Assembly (NCBI RefSeq): GCF_003704095.1 | Contig: NW_020845863.1 | Coordinates: 62,001-126,000 of the forward strand | Reading direction: 5' to 3' | DNA from: Pocillopora damicornis | Taxonomy: Eukaryota | Length of the DNA stretch: 64,000 nucleotides | Part shown: positions 43,318 through 53,730 of the stretch, in pieces | Layout of the letters: every line of letters starts with the position of its first letter | Position numbering within the stretch: the stretch's first letter is position 1 | Translations under genes and position numbers: made by a program | Notes under the pieces: model-generated | Told to the model about the DNA's origin: nothing | The model's database searches: none | The model's input: the letters and a program-made list of their open reading frames with translations, nothing else

Positions 43318-46300
43318 ATGGTTCTAAAGGATTCAGCCCAGGAGCATGATAAAGATGTTCATGGGTTTACGCAGTCAAAATTCCTGGCAGTCAAAGAAGG
43401 ACTCGAGCGAGAAGTTGATGTTGAGCCGGCAAAGCCAATTTTTCCCGGTGGCAAACAAGTCAAACATGTCGTATCTGGAGGAGTTGCAGGCGCTTTGTCA
43501 CGAACTTGTGTTTCGCCTTTAGAAAGAGTGAAAATTCTTCTACAGGTTGGCTTCAATTCACTACAACGAGATAGTTTAGAGTAAAAGTATGCTCATATCT
43601 AATTATCTGAATTATTTCCTTTTCAGATTCAAGTTAAGGATCCAAAATTTTCAGGCGTTGGTGCAACTTTGATCAAAATAGGAAGAGAGGAAGGGTTAAA
43701 GGGTTATTTTAAGGTGATCATAATTTATATCAATAGCTATAAAAAAAACTTATATCAATATCTATTTTAAAAAAAACAAATTTAGAGGCTGATGGTATTC
43801 TGGGAAAAATCATGTGTCTACCCCCTCCTCACCCCATCCTACGAGGGGGTGCTCATGCTCCTTGCCCAGTAATAAATATATCTTAAAGCAACAAAGGGAA
43901 GATTTTGTCAGGGAATGGGGTGAGGAGAGAGAGTATAGGAAGAGAGGGACAGGTCATGTGAAGGTGATATTCTTGATATTAATTCATTATATTCTTCAGA
44001 ATCTGTTTGCAAAAACTGTATCTCTATTTAAAGATAAGAATCCAGTTTATCATGAGTTGTCTCAATCATCAAATTTATATAGTCATATAAACTCCCAGTT
44101 ATACTGTACTCATTTGCAGTCTCTCTCTATAGGGTAATGGAACAAATGTTCTTAGAATTATTCCGTACTCAGCTGTACAATTTGCTTCATATGAAGAATT
44201 CAAGAAGGTATAGTAATCGAACATTTATTGATTATGTCTTGGAAGGTTTATGTACTCTAAATATAGGGCAATAAGTGAATTAAAATGGAAAGATTTACTG
44301 GTATATGAAAATTGGGAGCATAGATATTTAAAAAGCATAATTTCACATCTTTTGGAAAACATGGATAGGACATTTCAATCTTTTTGGTACTTCCTATTTT
44401 CTTACAACAGCTTGTCTTCTTGGCACCAATTTTTAAGTATTATTTTGTTACATTTTCAGCTTCTGAAGGTTTCAGAAGATCTTCAAAACCAAACTCCTTT
44501 GCGGCGACTAGTTGCTGGAGGTTTGGCTGGGACAACATCTGTTATTGCAACTTATCCTCTTGATCTTGTAAGGTAACTTACTGCCTGTTCTATTGTTATA
44601 TTCAGTAACATAACCTTCCAAGTTTAGCAAACTTTGATTATATTAATCCTGCATTCAAGAATGATTAAACTACATAACTGTATGTGGGAGAAACTGTAAG
44701 TGGATCCAGGAATTTTCCTGTAATTTTGTGTCAATTTTGTAATTGACAGGTGACGCAAACAATTGTTTTCGAAGAATACCAGTCATATCAGTAAGCTGAA
44801 CATTACCTCAAGGGAGGAGGGGAGGTGTACCCCTACACCTTCCTCTAGACCCATCCCTGTGAAGCAACTTGGAATATTGAAATTCTGTCTGGATAAGGTG
44901 CTAATTTGGCCCAAGTTAATGCCTTCACTTCCAGATGTCATTAGTAATCATCCTTACTGTCTGCCATACAGTTCTTTTGATGTTAGTTTGGATAATTTGG
45001 TATTGGATGAAATAAAATTTCCCAAATTGATATTTTTCTCCTTTCTAAGCACTTGTCTGCTTGTTATTGTATTGATATTGTTAGAAGAAATTCTGTCTCA
45101 GTAACTCATGAAAATTACAGGGTTTGAGAGCAATATTTTGTTAGATTTCCTTGGCAGTATTGGAAGCCTGGTACCCATGTAGAGAAATTAACTGCCCCAA
45201 AACACAACACAATGACCCTGTACCCTGGGTTGCAACTCAGCGACATTTCTCACTTTATATTGGCAATTAGTATTTAGTATTTTTAAAAAGTCTATGGACT
45301 GTCTCTTCACAGAACAAGACTTGCAGCACAATGTGAAGGGGCAGAGAGAAGATACAGGTATTAAAAATCCTTTCTTAAACCATAGTGTACACCTTAACAT
45401 CAGTATGCATATTCTCCAAACTGTTCCCTATACATTTCCTAAGGTGTAGATAAGGAGAACTTGTAGAGCATCTGTAGTTGGTGATCTTTTCCTTTATTCT
45501 TGTGACCATGTTGTTTGATTCAGGAAGATATTGTAAGGAGAAATTAGATGCGAGTCCACTTTTAGGATGAAACTGGTGTATCATTTATACTGATTATAGA
45601 CAAGGTGAATTCAATGATTTATTTATATATTTTTCTGTCTATTTATTTATGACATGATCTTACAGGAATATTTTACATGCATTTCAAACAATTCTGAAAG
45701 ATGAAGGAGGACTTATCAGTGGTTGTCTTTACAAAGGACTTCCTCCAACAGTCATGGTATTGTATAATAAACACCTCGATGTAAATTAATTATCCAAGAT
45801 TTTGCACAGTGACTATGCTTTGTAACTATTACAATATGCATTTGTTTCAGTTATGACACACAAACTTGTACTGCCTATAATACTAAGAGTAATTTAGTAT
45901 CAACTGAATTGAAAATGTAAATTGGCCACAGGAAAGAGTTTAAAAGTTGAGTTTAAAAGCATACAATATTAGGGTGAAGCAAGATAATAGTTTATAATCT
46001 CCAGGGTGAGGACAATGTTGGCCACAAATTTCTTTTGCTTATAGAATAAAGATACAAATGCCAAGACTATTTAGACTTTAAATGGCGGGCACGGCAGGAA
46101 GTTAGAGATAATTGGTCAAATAATAACATATGGGTAATAAAGACTAAGTAATAATTTTGTAGAGAAACAGTTGTGAAGTCAGCTCGTCATATTCTTGTAT
46201 ATCTAATTTCACTGAATACATATTTAACGATGTAAAGGTCCATTATGCAGTCAATCTTTTTTTCTTTATCAGCTCAAAACCAAAATCGATTTTCACTAAT

Positions 46301-48362
46301 GATACAGCCAGTGTGACTTGGCTGCCTTAATTTTTTTCCCCATTGACCTTCTAAATTTTGCTGCGTGTGACACTGATTGTAGGTGATGGCACATTCAAGT
46401 TAACACAAAACCTTATGTATTTGTCATCGATGGCTCTGACAAAGGGCTAATGTTCAAAAGGTCAGCTTGGTGGCCAAATTGCGATATCAACTCAGTTGAT
46501 AATACTAAATTATCCCACTATACTCTCCCACCGACACTGCACAACAGTTTCTCTAGAAACTTACCTCCTTGATAATACCACAGTTTTGCAATCATTTTTG
46601 CAGGGAATTGCTCCCTACATAGGCTTGAATTTTGCTGTTTATGAAACTTTGAAAGGTACTGTTTCACCTATCTTGTCTCTATTGTAACTCTGAAGGTTTT
46701 GTAACATCAGCACAATAAGTTAATGGCACCAAGACTCAGAAAGCCTGAACTACATACTCTTTTCATATATAGGTTATATCTTTGGTTATGAATCATTAGC
46801 TAATGTAGCAGGATATCATAAGAAAGATAATAACTTTTAAGCTCATGAAAGAACAAAGCCAAAATTTTTATTCCATCAACTTAACATGGGTGTGTGGTAA
46901 AAACATCAGAGTCCTTTGTCTTTGTGAGGTATCAAACCTCAGACCTTTTGATTCCCAGTTTTTTCTTAGCCCCATGGTTGTAATGAAACTAAGACCAAAT
47001 TTCTTTATTGGTGATGAATGAGTCATTTTGTTATTTTTCATTTTAGATTTTGTCCTGGGGCATTTAATTGTGAGAGCACGGGGAGCAGAGCTGAAGAGAA
47101 TGGACAAAGATAGGGAATTACCTGTTGTGGTTCGTCTCATTTGTGGTGGACTAGCAGGAGGTATTTCTCAAACTGGTGAGTATCACTGTAACTAACCTTA
47201 ATTCAATGTAGAATTTTGTTCTCAAGCTGATGAAACATGCTTTGTAATTACTTTAACTAGAGTCATGCCATTTTTGTCAGTTAATCAAAGACATACTGTA
47301 CATGTACACAATAATGCATCTTCAACCCTCCACTCTCAAGGTCTCATTAGTAATCCTCCTTACTGTCTCCCATACAATTCTTATGATGTTTTAGATTTGA
47401 GAATTTGGTATTGGATCAACTAATAATCCCCCTAAATTATATTTTTCTCCATTCTCATGATTTATTTGCTTGTTTTTGTTTTGATGGTGTGAGGAGGAAT
47501 TCTATCTTTGTCAATCATCAGAGTTAATGAGTTAACCCTTCCACTCTCGAAAAAGACCAGAAAGTATTTTTTTGGCAAGATATAAAAAAACAAATTGTGT
47601 AATTATGAGCAAAGAAGGAATATAATGGCTGAGAATAGAGAAGTTTAAAACAGACTGGGAATCTAAATTTTATTTAAGTTAGGGTACTTCTCAAATCAGG
47701 TAACCCTGTATTTTTCCCAGGCTGGTCAGTTGGGTATTTCTCAAAGTAGGCATCTAAACCAGTTTTCTGATTCCTTAACTTTAATTATGTTTGTTTTCAG
47801 TAACTTATCCTTTAGATGTGGTGAGAAGACGAATGCAAATGAAAGGGATCAGTGGGGACCTGTTTGCGTACACCTCTACTAAACATGCATTCACAACCAT
47901 TGTTCAAGTGGAAGGAGTAAAAGGTTTATACAAAGGAATGTGGCCCAATCTGCTCAAGGTAACACTTGAAAGTCACCATCATGAAATCCTCAATAGTAAG
48001 AGAGGGGGAGGATTACTCTTGGAATTCTTGGTAGTGGTTTGCTGCTCAGTTTAGTCTTACAACTGAAATCATCTCAACCAATCAATTTCACTTACAAACT
48101 CCTCACTAAACTCTGATGATGACTTCCACCCAGGTTGTTGAAACAGCGATCTGTGTCACTCACTGACAACATTTCAGGACTACTCTCAACCAGACCACCT
48201 GATCGACCATTGTGTGAATACTTCAGAAAAATGATTGGTATTATTATTTATGTCGTTTGTGTCTTTCAATAGGTTGCCCCACTTGTTGGAATCCAGTTTG
48301 TAACTTATGAAATAACCAAGGCCTTCTTGTATGGCCAAGGACTTCAACTCCCCTGGAGATAA
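43318..48362 (+). CDS. SLC25 mitochondrial carrier, adenine-nucleotide/CoA-type (Ypr011c/ADNT1/SLC25A42-like), ~355 aa, 10 exons
   Basis: Exons 43318-43545, 43627-43713, 44133-44207, 44460-44572, 45313-45357, 45666-45756, 46604-46655, 47047-47175, 47801-47958 and 48273-48362. Three Px[DE]xx[KR] motifs (PLERVK, PLDLVR, PLDVVRRRMQ), plus GNGTNVLRIIPYSAVQF and GIAPYIGLNFAVYETLK. Confidence 0.93.
46433..46570 (+). mobile_element. Penelope-associated repeat family A copy (degenerate)
   Basis: GCTCTGACAAAGGGCTAATGTTCAAAAGGTCAGC..GGTGGCCAAATT..TCAACTCAGTTGATAA..TAGAAACTTACC. Confidence 0.65.
48108..48200 (+). mobile_element. Penelope-associated repeat family B copy with hammerhead core remnants
   Basis: CTGATGA(48113)-TGACTTCCACCCAGGTTGTT-GAAAC(48140)..TTTCAGGACTACTCTCAACC. 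Confidence 0.6.
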
Positions 48363-49483
48363 CAAGGCGACATGCGTTTATCCTTAGAGTAATTACCTTT
48401 AATGATAGCAAATTGGAGCCGAAAACCCGGGGTTCGTGAAGTGAAGACTTCATACCTGAAACAAGCAAATATTCGAATTGTCCATTCGGTTATTTTATAC
48501 CTACTGATAAAAATTCAAGCTACTGCATTGTATTTTTTAAGAAGCAATTAATATTTAAGGTTGCTGTTAAGTTATGCTGTTTCCCTTTTGGAAAATGTGG
48601 TGTTAAAGACACTAATCATACAGAAAACTACGCACAATGATCAGGGGTACAACACAGTCACCATCTGAAGTTATTTTTATTTTTTGCACCTACTTTTCCA
48701 TTCCTTTCCACAAAGCGAGAGCTTAACGCATGTCCTGGCGTAGGGATCTTCTTTACATGTCTGTAGATAAGCACAGTTCCTAAATACTTTTCTTAACTAA
48801 ATTGTTAACTAATCAATCGAATTATTAAATTAGCCTTAATATGCGTGACATTAGAGTTTTTCTTATCCTTGCCACAGCTTTTAAAAGTCGCACCCCTACC
48901 TTGCAGATTCTACGGACCCTATGTATTTTACAGACAGTACATCCCCCGTGTGGTTAATTTCCGTCGGTGTTTCTATCTAAGATGGAGAGGCTTAGTGGAT
49001 ACGGGCTTCGTGTAGGGTATCGCTTTCATCAAACCTCTACCTAATATGACCTGTGTACTCATCGAAAGAGACCCATCTCTCAGGCTCTGCGCGGATTACG
49101 ATGCAAGAGAAAACGTCTGGTAACCAAGCTACACTCTCCCCTTGTCGCTTCCATCATGAAGTAAAAATTTCCCTTCACAAATTCTCTTAGCAAGGGAAAA
49201 ATTGGAATAAAACATGAATTAAGATATCTCAGCTTATCATTAATATTCATCTAATTTTGCAGTTTACTTCAGTGAAGAAGGTTAAGGCGCCACCACAGCC
49301 AGAAATAATTTCAGTGCGATTATAGTGTATAGGTTTCCCCGAGGGTCCATTTTAACCACTCGCTATGAGTTGATAGTTAGTATATTATCCATTATACGGC
49401 AAAAACATTCAGAGTTTCCCGAAAAAAAAACAAATTGCGGGTACGTCCTCGTTTATCTCAAAGTGGAAATGATTAACGTGAGG

Positions 49484-51376
49484 TTACTCATCCCCCTCGG
49501 ACCCGCCTTCGTCGGAGCTTGACTTAAAGCTGAAGGCAACATTTGGGTTTTCTGTGAAAAACTGTTGAAGCTCGTCGATTATTCTGAACTGCAAGTGTAG
49601 AAACTTTATCTCAACGTTAAGTTCTGCCATGCTTTCTTTGTACTTTTCTGGTGTTGTGATGGATTTTTCCAAGAATTTGATCAGCTGTGTAACCTTCCCG
49701 TGGTTCAGGAGGAACTCTGGAACGGGTAGAGGCTGACTGTAAATCTCGTCCGATAGAACAAGATATTTTAAAATCTCTGACATCGCTAGTGGGTGAGTTT
49801 TCGAGCTGTCCATGAAATCTGCCAGGATCTGTTCAGAGGGAACTTTACTCGGTGCATCAAGTTTCGCCATCATTTGAGCGTTCAGTGATTCCAACCAGGC
49901 GTTGATTGGGTAGAACGATTTGTACGTAAACATGAAGTTGACGGGGAAATCCGAGGTCGTTTCAAACGTGTCTGAGCCCAAAACTGGTGCCTCCGCCATA
50001 TCTTCATCCAACATAGACAAACCATTCTCTAATGTAACTTTAAGGCTCTTGTCGTCCATTTGCTGGAGGGTGTTGGACCCACTAATGAAATAATGCGGAC
50101 AGTGCTTCTTCTTAATGCAGGTTCTCAGGTCTTCCATGAGGTCTTTTACGCGGTCACCGATCGTTGCTTTGGTCCACTGATCGACAGGCACGGTCTCCAG
50201 TGCCCACAGAAAAAGAGTTTTTGGAGTGTAGGTGGTTATCACTGAATCCAGCTTAATGTATCGGGAGAATAAGTACTTAAAAATAAGGTAGCACATCTTC
50301 TGCTCGTCTGTGATGGAGTTCATCAGGGTTCTTTCTGCCAGCGAGAATGAGTACCTCCATTGGGTCTGGGGGAAATTACTACCCTCTGCAGCTTCCGCCA
50401 TTTCACTGTTACTTGGGGTCACTGAACTTTTTACTGCTGCGTCAAACTTTGGCACAATGTGACACCCATCCTGTATCACCTTCTTGATAAGTTCCTGTGA
50501 TGGCCAACGTGATGGCCTGTCCCTCGTGCACCATTCCTTAGCACAGCTGGGCCATTCTTTACAGGGCACAGACAAACTGACGTCCTCTGTGAGAAAGAGG
50601 CACCTCCCTTTTTGGGGACTTAAGTCTCCCATGCACATGACCACGTGGACTGCTGGCCCTGCCTGTCCCACGTACTGGAGGTAGTCCCCAAGGGATATGC
50701 AGTCTTCTTCGTTGTATGGTTTATCGTTGCTGTGGTGTTTCTTCATTCTGTGGACGTTTAATATGGCCGTGATGATTGTTAACACGTTGTACATCTGTTC
50801 AATGAGAAGCTCTGAGGATAAGAGTGTGATTTCTTCATTTTGGACACACAGACTCTGCAGACCTGGTACCCAATCCACATTTGGAGGGACTGCCAATCGG
50901 GCATAACCAGGAGGCATCGAAGGGAGGACTTGCAACTGTACATGCTCCTCTGGGGACTTCAAATCAACTCTCTGCGGTGGATTTTCGCTGGCGGAGATAT
51001 CCTTAAAACAGAGATTATAATCACATTCAAAAGAAAAACCAACATCTCTCATAACATCATCATCCGAGTCTATAGGTTGTCTTATCGGTTGGACGATAGG
51101 CACATCTTCTGGCATGCTTCCAACCCGTTGCCCATCAAATTTTTGACCTGCCATGAAGCAGTTGTCCAGCCCAAGAGATTCACTGTGTTCCAGAAGCATT
51201 TGTGTTGTTCCTGGCATGAGATGATTCAGCACATGATGTAAGTTGGCCTTGACATGTCCAAAACAGGTCTGTTTAACTATCGTCAACATGGTGTAGATGT
51301 TGAAGTTCCAAGGACTGTACGGGACATCTTCTGGGTAGTCTATTTCAAAGGGACCTCCTGATCGTCCTTCAGCCAT
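49484..51376 (-). CDS. Mab-21 domain nucleotidyltransferase, cGAS-like receptor (cGLR), 630 aa, CDS in a single exon
   Basis: NTase motif GSMPE..SDDDVM, third acidic residue in EDVSLSVPC, and Mab-21 signatures WPSCAKEWCTR..WPS..GCHIVPK, QWRYSFSLAERTL, TYTPKTLFLWALE and CPHYFISGSNTL. The ATG is at 51376; the ORF-track 'GTG start' at 51379 overlaps a splice acceptor (ttttaacag). Confidence 0.9.
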   Translation of the reverse strand: MAEGRSGGPFEIDYPEDVPYSPWNFNIYTMLTIVKQTCFGHVKANLHHVLNHLMPGTTQMLLEHSESLGLDNCFMAGQKFDGQRVGSMPEDVPIVQPIRQPIDSDDDVMRDVGFSFECDYNLCFKDISASENPPQRVDLKSPEEHVQLQVLPSMPPGYARLAVPPNVDWVPGLQSLCVQNEEITLLSSELLIEQMYNVLTIITAILNVHRMKKHHSNDKPYNEEDCISLGDYLQYVGQAGPAVHVVMCMGDLSPQKGRCLFLTEDVSLSVPCKEWPSCAKEWCTRDRPSRWPSQELIKKVIQDGCHIVPKFDAAVKSSVTPSNSEMAEAAEGSNFPQTQWRYSFSLAERTLMNSITDEQKMCYLIFKYLFSRYIKLDSVITTYTPKTLFLWALETVPVDQWTKATIGDRVKDLMEDLRTCIKKKHCPHYFISGSNTLQQMDDKSLKVTLENGLSMLDEDMAEAPVLGSDTFETTSDFPVNFMFTYKSFYPINAWLESLNAQMMAKLDAPSKVPSEQILADFMDSSKTHPLAMSEILKYLVLSDEIYSQPLPVPEFLLNHGKVTQLIKFLEKSITTPEKYKESMAELNVEIKFLHLQFRIIDELQQFFTENPNVAFSFKSSSDEGGSEGDE

Positions 51377-51539
51377 CACTGTTAAAAAATAGCTTTAGTT
51401 AAAAGGTTTAATAAAACCGGCCTAGTCGCCACGATCGACAGAGCAAAGAATAAAGTTCCCGTATTTCTATCCATGCGATTAAGGACGGGTAACCCACCCC
51501 ACCCCCCTCAATATTTCGTCAGCTTTCAGTAACTGCTAG

Positions 51540-51662
51540 CGGAGAAAGGCATTTGAGAGTACAAGATAATTTGTTTTTATCAAATGAGTTGATAATGTAA
51601 ATAAGCTACCATTAGCAGTTTTTAAGTAATTTTTCGAGCGTTAGCCCTTCCTCAGTGCGAAT
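51540..51662 (-). mobile_element. Penelope-associated repeat family A copy in the cGLR 5' intron
   Basis: Minus strand ATTCGCA-CTGAGGA-AGGGCTAACGCTC-GAAA..ATCAACTCATTTGATAAAAACAAATTATCTTG. Confidence 0.6.
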
Positions 51663-52867
51663 AAAAGGAATTGGGGGTTGTGTGTTGATGAAATACAGAA
51701 AACAGGACATGATTTTATCTGGCCAGGTCTCGTTCCGTTATTCCGTTTCTCTGTCGCCAAATTAAGAAAATAATAATCCTAAACAAGGCTTGGACCGAGA
51801 AGGAAAAAGTTGCCTGTACCCCACTTGTCTAAAGTTCTACTTAAAATCATTTTCCTTTCAATCTTCAAACCAGCAATAGTTAAGTCATTGTAAGTTAAGT
51901 CGCCATATTTTCAATTGTTTTGCGACAGAGAAATTTGCTCGAAGAAGCAATCGTGGCAAGGATGAAACGCAATTTAGACAACTGTGGAAAATAAACCAAA
52001 GGATATTTCGGGGAATTCAAAAAGCGAAAGAGATAAATAAATTGTATCGTAAAGTGTTTATCAACAGTGGACATGGAATGAACCGTTGATGATCTCTGTT
52101 ATGATGTAACGCAATTTTAAATAAAACAGTTACAGTTATGGCCGGAGGCGAACAAGATATTCAATACCTCATTACGATCATTTGTTCACACTAGTTGTTT
52201 TGCAAAGATAGTTATTTTTCCGAATGTCTTAGCAACTCAGAATACAGTAACAATGACGCTACCCTAGCGTCATGCCGGCATAAATTAAGAATTGTCGGAC
52301 AGCTGGTGCTTTGCAACTAAAAGCCAATGTTTGATTAAGTATGAAGGAGCACGTTGATTCACATAAAGGAGCCTTTTTACATCTGAAAGATCAATGAGTT
52401 TATAAGGAAGTGAATTCATCTCATCTTTGGCCCCAAGATACGTTATAGAGAAGGTAAATACATGTAAATACGATCAGGCTCGGTAAACGTCAATTTAATC
52501 AATGAATAACAGATATACCACTGGTGCATTCAAACATTTAATCAGTTCTGACTATAAAATAGCTCCCTTTTTATACTAAGGCAGCGATTTTTCGTGGAAC
52601 TACTTCCTATTCCAATAACATTAACTGAGAGGCAAATGTAACTTAAATGACAGCTAGATCACAAATCCCTCTGAGACAGCCACGGCACCGAAGTCGCTGT
52701 GAAGGTCGACTTCACATCACGGAAAGCGCTAGATGGCGCACATGATAAAGTGACACATAATATGTTTAACGAAGCGTTCGTTGTTCTTGGAGTTCCGCTT
52801 AAATGTTGACCAGAAAATTTACATGTATTTTAGTTAACTGTTACTTGTTGGTAATATACGAGCTTAC

Positions 52868-53120
52868 CTTCGCTTGAGATCAACAACGTACGCGTATACC
52901 TATGGCGGAAGCAGTCACGGTAAGGAAGTTCGGCCTCTGGACACTAGATTTATCTCTTTAACCAATGAAACGGTGAATTCGATTCTCTTTGCCTCATCGG
53001 TATCTCAGATTGAACACTATTCAAATTTTGGGAATTAGTTTTTCTGAGAATTTCGGTTTAGTGTGGCAGAAGAAAATCGTTTAAGTCAGCTCTCTATACC
53101 TAAGCTTTTGATTGGGTGTT
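52868..53120 (-). promoter_or_regulatory. Putative non-coding first exon and promoter of the cGLR gene
   Basis: Strong donor AAG|GTAAGC at 52868/52867 could pair with the acceptor just upstream of the ATG. ETS-like CGGAAG (~52906), CCAAT (~52962), reverse CCAAT (~53111) and TTCTGAGAA (53042-53050) are nearby. Confidence 0.45.
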
Positions 53121-53730
53121 TGAACAATATTAAGCATCACGGGGTGTTTTTCTAGTCACGCTAACAAATCGGGTTGATTCTCATCAAGTCTATTTCCCAC
53201 TCGTGTTTCTCTGTCACCCTATTAATGCGCAATAATGAATAGAATGAGGAACATTTTATTGACGCTTATCGATCGTTGGGAGATGGTCTTAGACCAAAAC
53301 TAATTCATGAAAACACCTCGGTAAGACCGTAACATTATTTGAATCAACGGCGTACATCAGTCTTTTTTTTNNNNNNNNNNNNNNNNNNNNNNNNNNNNNN
53401 NNNNNNNNNNNNNNNNNNNNNNNNNNNNNNNNNNNNNNNNNNNNNNNNNNNNNNNNNNNNNNNNNNNNNNAGATCTCGCTCCCTAACGAGAGAAAAACAG
53501 ATTAGGCAAAACCATGGAGAAAAACAATCGATTATGACGGATCGAGGAAACTTGGTTCAAGAATTGGACATTGAGGTGATTCCACTCCGCCATAATTCCT
53601 AAGCGATCTTTGCTCGAACAAACCTCAATGGATCCAACTGGGAACCATAACATCACGGAGTAGCAAGAGAGAATCCTTTTTTTTCTCAATAAATATAAAC
53701 ACTTAATATTAGCATTCTATACTCTTGATC

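Noticed and set aside
50060-51241. Several + strand ORFs antisense to the cGLR
   Set aside because: Shadow ORFs of a long coding exon, with no motifs or splice support.
51377-51379. ORF-track start (GTG) of the 631 aa cGLR
   Set aside because: It overlaps the intron acceptor (ttttaacag|TG ATG). The ATG at 51376 is the plausible start.
52253-52273. 9 bp hairpin ATGACGCTA-CCC-TAGCGTCAT in the cGLR intron
   Set aside because: Too short to distinguish from chance or a repeat remnant; no supporting context.
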